A DNA stretch of 64,000 nucleotides from Schmidtea nova. Its lineage: Eukaryota. Below, piece after piece: positions 1-11,678 of the stretch. The first letter of the stretch is position 1. Every line of letters starts with the position of its first letter. Position numbers and translations under genes: made by a program. The stretch is taken from NCBI GenBank assembly GCA_044892505.1, contig CM097883.1, positions 170,252,001 to 170,316,000 of the forward strand, in the 5' to 3' direction. The notes beneath the pieces are model-generated. The model saw only the letters and a list, made by a program, of their open reading frames with translations, was not told where the DNA came from and ran no database searches.

Positions 1-1432
1 TATGATTGAGTCTTAATTTAGTAGACCTTCACTTTGCCTGTTATAATCGGCAATCTTATTTCATTTGGGGGATTATCGTTGATTTTTTTTCATAATAATT
101 TGATATTTAATTATTTTTAATTTTGAAATATCTTTACCTGGGGATCCCTATTAAATTTTAATTATTATAATCATTTTAAACTTTTTATTTGCCATTCGCT
201 TCCCTTTTCTTCCCGCCAAATATTTATTTTTAATTTTAAATAGTTTTTTTCTCAATTTAAATTTTTAAGTTTTAAATGTTTTGCGTTAAATTTTGCATTT
301 TTGTGGAATTGCAACACGTTGAATAAATTTTGAATGCAAAAAAAATTAAAATTAGTGCATTTTTTAAATATATTTTTATTAGTATTTATAAAAATATTGA
401 TTTAAAATTTGAACCTACTTTATTTGACCATCAACGAAGCCTTAAATGATCCATCATCCAGCCCTTGTCGAATGGATTTTGTAAACCCTTGACCTATAAT
501 ACATGGACAAGAATATTAAGAATATAGATCAATTTTTTAACCTTTAAAATAGAAACTTTATTTTCAGAAGACAAGACTTTATGTATAAATGGATTTATAA
601 TTTCATTTATTTAACGAAATTTTGCATTAAATGTATGTTTAGAAATTGCTTAAATTATATGTTTTCAATATTAGGTCATCAGCTCCTGTCATGGTTATGT
701 CATTGGTGCGCTCCACACTTTAAATCTGGTCAAAAATCGGACCTCTATCTACTAGGATGTCAAATGTGTACATGTTTGATTGCTTGTCATCAATTAGTCA
801 GTGGCAGACGTTCGCGAGGGACAGGAGCAATTTCACTAGAGTCTTCCAACTCAAAGGTTTTTCAAGTATGACAAGAAATTTTGCTTATTTTTAACGTTAA
901 GTAATAAAAACATAAATTAAGTTTGGAATTTTTTTAAAATAAAATTCCTCTTTATAATAATTTTTGAGACTTATTAAAAATTGTTGTGGTTGATATTAAA
1001 GTCACAAAAGTAGAAAGAAATAATAGTAATTACAAAAAATATCGAAATATATAAAAGTTCAAAAATTAATTAAAATTTATCAAACATTTAAAATTAATAT
1101 TCATCTGGGGAAATTGGTATGGTGGAATACCAAATCAAAAGGTGAATTCAATAATAATGATACAAGTTTAGTAATGTGTCCCCAGAGAAAGTTATATTGA
1201 AAAAAACAAATTAATTAAAATTAATAAATCGCTCAATGTGAAGCCTGAGCCAATGCAAAACCGAGATACAATGGAAAAGCTGATGTTGAGGTTCCGATAA
1301 TCTCAACTTGATGGTTCGTATATAAATAAAAACACAAAGTCTGATTATTAAGTTTTATTTTATCTATCACAAATATTTTACATGTTTGTTGGGCAAAAAC
1401 TAAAATTTGTTTAAATGAAGCGGTAACACAAC

Positions 1433-1607
1433 AAGTAGAGAGCGCGCAAGATTCTAATATAACCAAAACATCAATTAAAACCCAAGTAGCTAAATGAAAA
1501 CTCGCATAAAGATTAAAGTGGACAAAGGCGCATTAGCAAGTAGAGAGCGCGCGAAGTTCAAATTTAAAATTCCTTGACCCAAAATATCAATTAAAACCAA
1601 AGTGGTT
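1433..1607 (+). repeat. Diverged direct repeat, two copies, ~105-bp period
   Basis: AAGTAGAGAGCGCGC...ATCAATTAAAACC occurs at ~1433-1495 and ~1538-1607. Confidence 0.6.
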
Positions 1608-1923
1608 AAAAGAAGCACGTATAAAAAGCTAGAATGTAAAAGAAAACACATTGAATATGTATGTAGAGACAGAAAATCTTAGTTGTGGAAATTTAGCATG
1701 TTTTCAGAAGGAACATTGCGATTTTATCTTAAAAATTCGTAAAAATATAAAAGAAAACAATTTTGATCGAAAATATAACAAATTAAATCAAATTAGAAAA
1801 AACTTTAATTCAAAAGTAAAGTTTTGATTAAAAATAAATTTGAAAAAAACATTTGTCGGATGACTTATTTGTTTTTAACAAGTAAAGCTTGTGATGCTTT
1901 GTGATACCCACTGCAAATCCACA

Positions 1924-1965
1924 ATAGCAGACTAGTTTCGAGCTTTTGGCTCTCATCAGTGCTAT
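1924..1965 (-). ncRNA. Minimal type I hammerhead ribozyme (canonical core)
   Basis: Minus strand reads AUAGCA-CUGAUGA-GAGC(CAAAA)GCUC-GAAA-CUAG-UC-UGCUAU: 6-bp stem I, 4-bp stem II, palindromic minimal stem III, GUC cleavage triplet. Confidence 0.85.
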
Positions 1966-3800
1966 GCAGGAGACGCGAAATTTCTCTCTGCGCCAGGTAA
2001 GTATAAAATAAAGTCGAAAGATTTTTGTTATATACTAAACCTGGTACACTGGATAAAATATCACTTGAATATGCAAGGTCCTACAGATAATCTTTAACTT
2101 GCAAACATGGCGTATGAATTTCATTTTAACCTCTGCGCATTAAAAGTGTTCAACAGAAACTGTTTACAAGAGCACCCGACTGCCTTAGCTTCATTATTTC
2201 AATTACTTAAAAATATCTTGCTCGTGACTGTATGCATTATAGATAGTCTCTTCAACATCTGATGAATTTCTGGACAAAATTTCAGGATCTTTCATATTTA
2301 GGTGACACATAGTTTGTAAGAGATAAATTTATGCTTTCTAAATTCTGCATTTAATTAAGAGGATATCAGTATAATTTTTAGGCAGTTCATTCAATTCTAT
2401 TCCAATAAAAATCATTAAGAAGACCGTAAATGTTTATCGGTTCAGTTATTTCTTTAGAATTAAGTAACTCAATTAACAGTTTAGGATTGACATTGTATTG
2501 TGAGAATAATTGGAACCATTGATCCAAGCTTCCGCATTTAGATACTATGGAAGTAATTAATTTCAGTTTACCATTTTTAATTAATAAATTAACTTGTTTT
2601 TGCCAATAAATAAGCTCTTATAGAAAATTGGAGCAAGATTTAATGAATTAGAACAATAAGGTCACATGCATTTTCCAATCAAATGCTTAGAAAATTTGAA
2701 CAGCATTCAAACTTGTTGAAGGTTGAATAGAGTTTTAAACAAATGAAATATTATCAGTAATTCAAACAAAACAAAAAATATATAAAAATACAGGAGAAAC
2801 CTAATTTGGAAATAAAATTATTGTTTGTAAACTAAAACTTAAAGTTTTTTTTTGATTTTAAATGCAGATTAAATTTTTCTTTTAGAATGTTTTATCTAAT
2901 GATTACCATAAATTACAATATTAGCAAAATTTAATGTTTGGTTAGTGTTTTTGATGCTCGGAATGATTCATTTGGATGCGATAATAAATTTATATTGATG
3001 TAGAATATTTATGTTGAATTGCCGATAAAATTTTGTTGAATGCTTATAGATAAATTGTTGAAGGAGGGGCAAAATTGGCATTACACCTTCTATCGGTAGC
3101 CCTTGGACCCAGGAGATATTCGGTCAATCATAGTTTTGAATTTTCGACGCTCACTGATTGCGAATACCCACCCATTTGTTGCATTTCCAACGTTACATTG
3201 TGACGGGCAACAAGATGGTTAATCTAATGTTTTGTATGTTAAGTTGTTGATGTGAGCCATAGCAACGTCAAGGTCATATTGACGGTCAACAATCCACCAG
3301 GTTAATAAAATTTACCTTTTAATAAAAATGAGGCTGTAACCAATATATATGTATATGTCTATTCGTATTTTTAATTGTTGTGTAAGTGTGTGCAGTTTCC
3401 TGACCTCGGATGTATAAATTCTGTATGCTCTAATTTTTGTTACAAATATCGTCTACCGAATTTGTAATTCTTCTTATAATACAAGATTTTATGGGTGGTT
3501 TGACTGAGAAATCCGTCTACTTATATATCAATTTTTTGTTGACACTATATTTTGAGTGTCAACACACTTTGTTTTTATATTTTTAAAAATTCGTTTGCAC
3601 AAAATGTGCAGGGTTTATTTTTGAGCACTTAGTGCTTTTCTCTGCTGGCACTAAGTGCCTATTGTTTGTTAAGAAGAAACAATGAGCTTCTAATATTATT
3701 GTTGAAATAAAAATAATAATAATATTTTTTTTAAATAATAGTAATTATCGAAATTTTAAAATAATGATAACAACAGTTTTAACATAAAAATAATAATAAT

Positions 3801-3890
3801 AATCAAAATCAAAATCAAAATCAAAATCAAAATCAAAATCAAAATCAAAATCAAAATCAAAATCAAAATCAAAATCAAAATCAAAATCAA
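3801..3890 (+). repeat. (AATCAA)15 hexamer microsatellite
   Basis: 15 perfect tandem copies read directly, just upstream of the Penelope-like ORF. Confidence 0.95.
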
Positions 3891-3974
3891 AATTTTAAAA
3901 TAACAATAAGAATTTTAACATAAGAATAATTCTAAAATAATAATAATAAATTAAACATCTGTCCTAAAACTAAT

Positions 3975-5666
3975 GTGGGAAATATTACCTATTGGGTATA
4001 TATATATATATATATATATATACATCTCTCGAACTATGAACCGATAAACAAAATAATCTTACCTGCATCAACTCAGATTTTATACAATAAGAAACTGTCA
4101 ACACTTGCAAATAAACAAATTAACCTTCAAATCAAAGATTTACTTTTAAAATGCAACTGCAGTGAGCCTTTACCTAGTAATATGACTATGTTACCTAAAG
4201 ACCACAAAAGTCCTTTAAAAGGTAGACCTCTTGTATCTGCAATTGACACTCCTTCCACAACACTTTCTAAAGTTCTTTCAGAAATCCTAAAAACACTTTT
4301 GCCTTTGGTTCCTTCTCATCTTAAAAACACAACTGAATTCGTCTCAGAAATTACAAATACGTCTCTTCCATTAAATGCAGGACAACAGTACTTCTGGGGA
4401 TCTCTTGATGTTTCCAATCTTTACGGATCTATTCCTCTTCACGGAGAGAATAATATTTTCGACATCGCAGCTTCTTTCTTTGAAACTCATAAAGCCAATA
4501 CTGACCTCGCAGACTTAACTAAACAAGACTTTATAGAACTTCTAAAATTAGCAATAAATTCAGATACCGTCATAATTAAAGAAAAACCATTCAAACAAAT
4601 TCATGGATTAGCCATGGGTAATAACCTTTCTCCCATCTTAGCCATCTTCTACATAAACTTTATAGAATCTAAGATCATTTCTTTTTTTGGAGACAAAATA
4701 CTTTTCTGGAAACGATACATCGACGACATCTTCATAGTCTCCACAATCCCTTTCAATCAAATCCTATCACACGCAAATTCTACTAACACCAACATACAAT
4801 TCACTTTTGAAACACCAAACACAGAAGGTAAAATACCGTTTTTAGATACCATAGTAAGTTTCACAAAAGGCCAAGATACACTAAATGCAAACACCGAGCT
4901 ATATTCTAAAGGTTTACATAGTGGTCATATCCTCCCATGGAAAAGCCACGTTCCACTTCAACGCAAAATCGCATTACTAATAGGAGAAAGAAAAAGAGCC
5001 ATAAGAAACTGTTCAGACGCAAACAAAATACAAGAAACATTAGAAAACTTCAAAATACGATTCCTCCAAAATGGATACCCTGAAGACTTTGTAAAGAAAC
5101 ACTTCCTTAATGAACCATACCACAATAAACGCAACAATAGGAAACGCCAGAAACACAATAACAATAACAAACACACAACATATCTAAGATTACCTTTCCT
5201 AAATGACACTACAGCCAACAAAATCACCAACATTTTTAATCAAACAGATTTGCCTATCCACATCCGTCCAACGTTCATAACCTCCGCACCGTTAAAATCA
5301 CAACTCCGAAAGCCACCAATATCCAACATCTCCAAACATAAATGTCTTTGCCGTTCCACAACCCGATGCTTTTGCTTTTCCAAAAATATAGTATATAAAC
5401 TTTCTTGCCAAAAATGTGACGCTACTTACATAGGAGAAACACATAGAACTTTTCGCACCTTACTTAATGAACACACTAAAATCAAAACCAGTAATTATTA
5501 CGAACACTGGGAGAAAGTACATAAAACAACTCCATCTATAGAAGAAACAAAATGCCAGATTCTACAAGAGGGATTCAAAAATTCATTACAAAGATTAGCT
5601 TCCGAGACTTTTTTCATGAAAAAATACAAACCGTCCATCAACATTCAATTCGCACAAAAAACTTAA
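3975..5666 (+). CDS. Penelope-like element family 1: reverse transcriptase plus GIY-YIG endonuclease, 5'-truncated but open
   Basis: RT motifs RPLVS, SLDVSNLYGSIP, QIHGLAMGNNLSP, RYIDDIF, IPFLD; GIY-YIG VYKLSCQKCDATYIGETHR. The first codons run through a (TA)n tract, so the annotated start is probably not real. Confidence 0.9.
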   Translation: MGNITYWVYIYIYIYIHLSNYEPINKIILPASTQILYNKKLSTLANKQINLQIKDLLLKCNCSEPLPSNMTMLPKDHKSPLKGRPLVSAIDTPSTTLSKVLSEILKTLLPLVPSHLKNTTEFVSEITNTSLPLNAGQQYFWGSLDVSNLYGSIPLHGENNIFDIAASFFETHKANTDLADLTKQDFIELLKLAINSDTVIIKEKPFKQIHGLAMGNNLSPILAIFYINFIESKIISFFGDKILFWKRYIDDIFIVSTIPFNQILSHANSTNTNIQFTFETPNTEGKIPFLDTIVSFTKGQDTLNANTELYSKGLHSGHILPWKSHVPLQRKIALLIGERKRAIRNCSDANKIQETLENFKIRFLQNGYPEDFVKKHFLNEPYHNKRNNRKRQKHNNNNKHTTYLRLPFLNDTTANKITNIFNQTDLPIHIRPTFITSAPLKSQLRKPPISNISKHKCLCRSTTRCFCFSKNIVYKLSCQKCDATYIGETHRTFRTLLNEHTKIKTSNYYEHWEKVHKTTPSIEETKCQILQEGFKNSLQRLASETFFMKKYKPSINIQFAQKT

Positions 5667-5760
5667 AATAAATTTTTTCATCCAATAAAATTATTATAAA
5701 ATATTAAAAAAATAATTAAGGGTACTATTTAGGATTAAGTAAATATAACGATAGAAATAC

Positions 5761-5793
5761 ACACTTAATAAAGGCTGTGCCGAAATATTGTGT
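5761..5793 (+). ncRNA. Hammerhead-like motif in the PLE-1 3' pseudo-LTR, probably inactive (UUAAUAA core)
   Basis: ACAC-UUAAUAA-A-GGC(UGU)GCC-GAAA-UAUU-GUGU. Sister copies at 59991 and 60699 have UUGAUAA, so this copy has lost G5. Confidence 0.6.
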
Positions 5794-5851
5794 TATTGTT
5801 TATAAAAAAAATTTTGATCTATAGTCATTATGAGAATTATTGATAATATTA

Positions 5852-5882
<31 letters not shown>

Positions 5883-6129
5883 TTATAATTTTATTACTAT
5901 ACGTCGTTTTTGGATACTCAGACCCAATGCAGGACGAAAATCCTTATCAGAGTAACAAAATAAATTCTATTTAAATTTCCAAATTTATTAATAATTCCAT
6001 AAAATAACAGCAACATAAAACACATATAAATCTTAGATATTATTTTGTGGATACGATGAATAGGAAATATTGCTTTCTGCTTTTTTTCGAAATATATAAA
6101 ATGTATTTTTCTGGATTAAATCGTTGCCA

Positions 6130-6154
6130 TATATACACACATACACATACACAT

Positions 6155-6211
<57 letters not shown>
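6130..6211 (+). repeat. (CA/TA)n compound microsatellite
   Basis: Read directly. Confidence 0.9.
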
Positions 6212-6216
<5 letters not shown>

Positions 6217-6845
6217 TTAATCATATCAAGATATAAAATTAATAAAATAAACCACACAAACTAAATTAATACAATTACAAGGATGTCATCATAATTATAA
6301 CGATAAAATATATTGAATAAAGAGAAAAGAAAATAAATTTGTCACATAATAAAATTGTCAACAATTAAAATAGATTGTTGTTTGAATCACAAGGTTGAAT
6401 GGATTTATCACACAATAGAATTGTCAAACGATACAATAGATTGTTATCTGAATCACAAGGCTGTTATGGCGGAAGAGATATTGTTAGTGGATGTATCAAT
6501 ATGTATATAAAGCCTATATCTATTTGACCCTATTCTATAGTCTTCATCTAACTCAAATGTTTTTACCATTTTCCTTGTATCTAACACTGAGCAATGATGA
6601 AAATCCGAGCGCATTAGAGACCCGAGAAATCAAAGGTGGGTAATTCCTCGAAGTAATTATGGATAACATCCACCCGGGAAATCAATAATTTAATTTGTTG
6701 ATGGGCCAATTAGGCCAGAAATTTTCAATTTGATGTTGACCAAAATTTAAAAAATTACCCTCCGACAAACATATAAAAAGACAGTAGAAAAAAGGGCTGA
6801 GAGTGTGTCGAATTGAAATACTTAAAAATATTACTGCCAGTGGTC

Positions 6846-7187
6846 AGTAGGTAGACGTGTCCGGTCTGGATCCGTATGAGTTATCGCGCGTTTTTTGGCG
6901 CCATTTTTAAAGTGTGTTTTGTTTAAATGTTTGGAATTTTTATTATTATTTTTATTTTATTATTAAATTATTTTTATTTTTTTATTTAATTAATTATTTT
7001 TTTTTTTTAGTTAGTTATTTATTTTTTAAATATTATTAATTTACTTTTGCTAGTATAATTTATTATTGTTATTATAAATTTTGAAACAATTCAATGATAA
7101 ACGTTCAATGAAAGTACTACTCAAAATATTATAAGAATATATCACATGGTGAAATACGATAAATATTAAACTATTATTATTATTAAT
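6846..7187 (+). repeat. Left terminal inverted repeat segment of the Polinton-like element
   Basis: Reverse complement of 22424-22765 with about 4-5 visible differences; GC-rich tip followed by AT-rich body. Confidence 0.9.
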
Positions 7188-7313
7188 ATTACTATTATTT
7201 CTATGACATAACCACAGTTTCTAAAAACTATTACCCAAATTAAAAAACAGACTGAAACTAATTTGTACAATATATAACTAAATAAATGAAAAAACAAAGT
7301 TTTTCAACAAAAT

Positions 7314-10300
7314 TTTATTTAAATAAAACTGTTTCTTCTTCAGTTTGACCTTGGAATTGTTGATCTGGATTGATTCTGGGTTCGGTATGTTGAAATATAA
7401 CCAAGTCACCTCCCATAAAATGGCCATATGCCAAGCTTTTATTTTTCGCAACCCATTTCCTTTTATCGTCTGCGTTTGTCAGTGCAGTCTTTTCATTTTT
7501 AATAGTAAAAAGTTGGTGATTTTTACTTGTGATTCTGGTTTGAGGAACAGAAAATATTTGGTTATTATTAAAACAGTCCAGGTACGACTGATGCTTTATG
7601 TCAGTACCCGCTAATGTTGATCTTTAGCTTTATTAGTTTCCTCGTCACCTAAAAGACTATAACATTTAGGTCTAAGAAACACCCACTCCTCGTATTTACG
7701 CCCTTTATTCTCGTCTTTGAACTTGCCAATGACAGAATCAAGGTTCCTACTATATAATGGGCGATTCGGATCATAGTTAGAAGTGTCAAGTAAGTTATCT
7801 CTTATCATGGCCGGTAAAAGAATATCAAGCTTACAATTTCTAATCTCAAGAAAAAACGAATCGGTGTCACCAGCTACGATGTTGATTTCGCAGTTGAATT
7901 CGTTACGATATTTTTGTAACTCTTCATACTGCAGCTGGTACATTCTAAGTTTAGATAGATCCAGTACAGTTTGACCAATGTAGCTGGGTCTATCCAAACA
8001 CACCGATTCCTGATTCAGCAAGACGGCAACCAAATCATCGTCAATTTCGAAAGTCCTTTTAAAAGTTGGCTTAGAAGTATATGTAATCAGCCTAGAAGCC
8101 GAATTACATAATCTTAAATTTATGCGCTTTTTAAGATTCTCTACGGTTTTACCGTAGAGACTATTATTTAATAATTTATAATAATTTTTACCCAGAGCAT
8201 TACTTGATTCTGCTCTAAGTCTGGTATTGGTATCGATGTAATCCTTAAAAATACATGCTTGTTTAAATTTAATTGCCCTATGGACATGAGTTATTTTTAC
8301 TCCAAGAGAAAGAAAAAGTTTGAGAAGTCTCCAATGAAGAACATAGTTCTTCTTGGGATAATGCGTAAGGATCAACTTCTCAACCTTTGAGCCAGGTGGA
8401 CACATCTTTTCAGCGGCAACTGGCAAATCATCCAGCTTGTCGTGAATCGAATCAGGAATTTCTAAATCGACTTCTAATGTAAATCCAAATGTTAATACTT
8501 CTAAATCAGCAGATTCACAGTAATAAATTATTTTATTTAATTTTTCCCTATCAGTTACCCATTTAAATTCTTTATAAGGTAGTTTTTGGCTTAAGGCCCA
8601 CCCATATAAATTATTTATATCTATATAAAGAAGCTCAATGTCGTCGGAGGATACTACATGGTGTTTGTTAACAAATGTTAACCCACCACGGATCCCCCCT
8701 TCGAAAAAATTATACATCTCCATATCTTGAAGCAACTCGATAGGAGATTTCAAAGTCATCAAAGCTGAATTCCATGACATGCCTGGAATTCCCAAGAAAT
8801 TAAGAGGCTCAAGTCGGTTATGTGCAATGGATTTTGCCCTAAATTGCTGAAAAAAGTCGGCAAGTAAGAAAACATCCAATTTCAGGTATAACATCATATA
8901 ATCAAACAATGTTTCACAATTAAATTCATCCCATATATGTTGAGCTTTTTCATACTCGTCGATTTTAACTCCTTCCCAAATCGGTGGCAACTCGTATGTA
9001 TTTTGTAAAACCTCTAAAGAAGTTGCAAAATTATATGGGAATATGCCTTTGGAAGTAATAATAGTCCCTATAAATTCGGATGAAGTAAGAGGAAAATCTG
9101 TTAAAGTCTTTACAGCATCGTTTAAGCTACAGCTTACAAATTGGCAAGAATCGATAAATTTAATAGTCAAACTATCGACTCTTGCATATAAAGTCAAAAA
9201 CTTTTCACTTGTAGTAGGAATACAACTTATATTCCATTTATCCAATTTATTTAAACCATACTTGAGAATATGATGCAAATCATATCCGCGTAAATTATGA
9301 AATAGTACAGGCATAATGAATCTTATTTGCCGAGAAAAATTACATTTAGAGCAAGCTGCACCCAAGTATTTACCTGTATAATGGTCATGATCTTTAACCG
9401 GATTTTTCAAAGGTTTATTACATAAATAACAAATAATAGAACTACGAAATGATCTTATTTGTGCAGGAGAAAGATATTCCATTTTCTTTTTGGAATTATT
9501 TATAAAGTAAGGTAAAACTACTTTTTCTCCTATATCATTGATTTCAGTCAAAAACTCTTCTACACAGTTAAGACCATAAAAGCTTTTATACGATTTTTCG
9601 CCAGTAAGGTTATTAATAAGCAACAAGCCAGCAGAAATAGGTAAGTGACGTTGAAAATACTTATCGTCCTTCGATAAAACAGCCTCAAAATCGGCATATA
9701 CAACAAAAGGAGGGGTAACAATCTTTGACCACTCTTTAAATTCCAAGTTCTTATCTGAAGGTAAAGTGTATAAAGTTGTACCTAACTGGTTTTTTATGCA
9801 TAAAGTCTGATGTTTCTCAAAAGCTTCAGTCAATCTAAAACCATTCAAACAACGCTCGCACCACGTGCACCTTATTTGAACATCAGTAACAGAAAGAGTC
9901 TCACAATTTAAAAGTCTGTTAATGTTGGTAACTGCAATATAATGAAAAGAGTCATTTTCCTCTAACAAAATCAAATTAATTGGAGTGCCACCTAAAACCT
10001 TTGACCTATGAATAATATCTACAAATGGATGTTTCATGACTTCCTCTTCCTCATTAATATTATTTAGATCATACTCGTCATATGAAAGGACATTTATAGA
10101 CAGTCCAGGGTTTTTCGCTTCAAATTTGGGTATATTACATAATTTCATAGGAAGATCAGAAGGATCAAACACAAGGTCTGAGGGATTATAATTAGTTGCT
10201 CTATTTCTGTGTCGATGATTGCTATGTACATCATCGTATTTTAAAATAGCCAAAATGCTATATATAAAACACAATTTATCTGTATTTTTTACATTGACAG

Positions 10301-11021
10301 TGCAATGCTTTGCATTTAATGATGGTGGGGTTGAACAAGCACCTTTACCGCTCAATCTACTTATCTGTGAATATTTTGTAAGTTTAAAGCTTATTTCTTT
10401 AATTTTATTAATTAACCAATTGCTGCCATTTTCACAGACTTTAGTCATTTTTTCACTTAATAGAGCAATACCTTCATCTAAAAAGGTATCACTCATTGGT
10501 TTTGCGGAATTTGATATTATAAAAGATTGAAATTGCTTATTCTTTTCAAATTCTACATCAATACAAAATTGTACTTTTACATACCCCATTTTGGAAATAA
10601 CTGAATTAAATTTATTTAATAAAGGTGAAGGAATAATTAATTTATTTAAATTTAAAGAATCCACATCCATTTTAACAATGGCATGCGATTTTTTCAAATT
10701 ATATTTAACCAAAGGTTCAACAGAACCGCCATATTGAACAACATGCAAATTAGGAATAACTAAAACATCGTCATTTGATGAATGGACATCTTCATCATCG
10801 GATATTACAATTATTTTAGATGGTTTAGGACAAACAGTAACATTTCGTCGTTTACATTTATTAATTAATGCGAAAAGACTTTTCTTAGTGCATGAGAATT
10901 GATTTAAATGGAGATAATGTTGGAAATAAAAATCAATGTAATTTATATGTTGAGCGCTCTTACATGTGGGACACAAATAGAAGGTGACTTGGTTATTTAT
11001 AATACGATAGTATCGCTCCAT
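7314..11021 (-). pseudogene. pPolB copy A, frameshifted near the C-terminus (1136 aa instead of 1235)
   Basis: Mirror of 13871-17578 (coordinates sum to 24892). AAAG-AT-CAACATT replaces AAAG-GGG-CAACATT, giving NKAKDQH* and removing ~100 C-terminal residues. Has IVAGDTDS where copy B has IEAGDTDS. Confidence 0.85.
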
Positions 11022-11401
11022 TAATTTGTGGCAATCGTTATGATTTGACGACTTACAATAATTCGCATAAAATTTACCTTAATATGAAATATCTTTAAAT
11101 TTATCAAAAAATCATTAAAATAAATTAATAAAGATATGAATTATTAGAAAATAAATATGAAATTTAAGATAAATATGATTTAAATATAATAATTACTAAA
11201 ATAATTTAAATTTAATATAAAAATTATTACAAAATAATATTAAAGGAATTTGTTTAAATTAACTGTTTACGTAAAGTAAAGATTATTTAAATTATTACAA
11301 AATATTACCAAAAATATATATTTACAAATATTTTACTATATTTATTTACTAAATTAATTAAAATAATTATCAAAATATAATTAAAATTAATCAATACTTA
11401 C

Positions 11402-11678
11402 ATTGAACATTCAATACCACATCAGGTATAACTCCATTATTCATAATATTCTCCTTATTAACAATCTCAGCTTGTACGGTAGTTTGTTCAGTCATATTTA
11501 CATCACCTAAAGTAAAAATTAAATAATATACTACGTTAATAATTAAGTACCATTTTCTTCCGCATTTTCTAACATCGATTTCCCAATTGAATTATTGATA
11601 ATACCTAAATTAATATTAAATAATAATAAATTATAAAATAAATTTACCATTCTCTTTTCCACTTGGGTTTTCATTCAT
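11402..11678 (-). CDS. Predicted 5' leader exons 1-3 of pPolB copy A
   Basis: Mirror image of 13214-13490. Confidence 0.55.

Noticed and set aside
3801-3890. (AATCAA)n as a telomeric repeat capped by a telomere-associated PLE
   Set aside because: It is not a G-rich telomere-type repeat, it is interstitial, and the neighbouring PLE has an endonuclease.
5900-5965. Possible minus-strand hammerhead (CUGAUAAG-GAU...AUCC-AAAAAC)
   Set aside because: C3-A8 mismatch, no GAAA and no convincing stem I; at best a relic.
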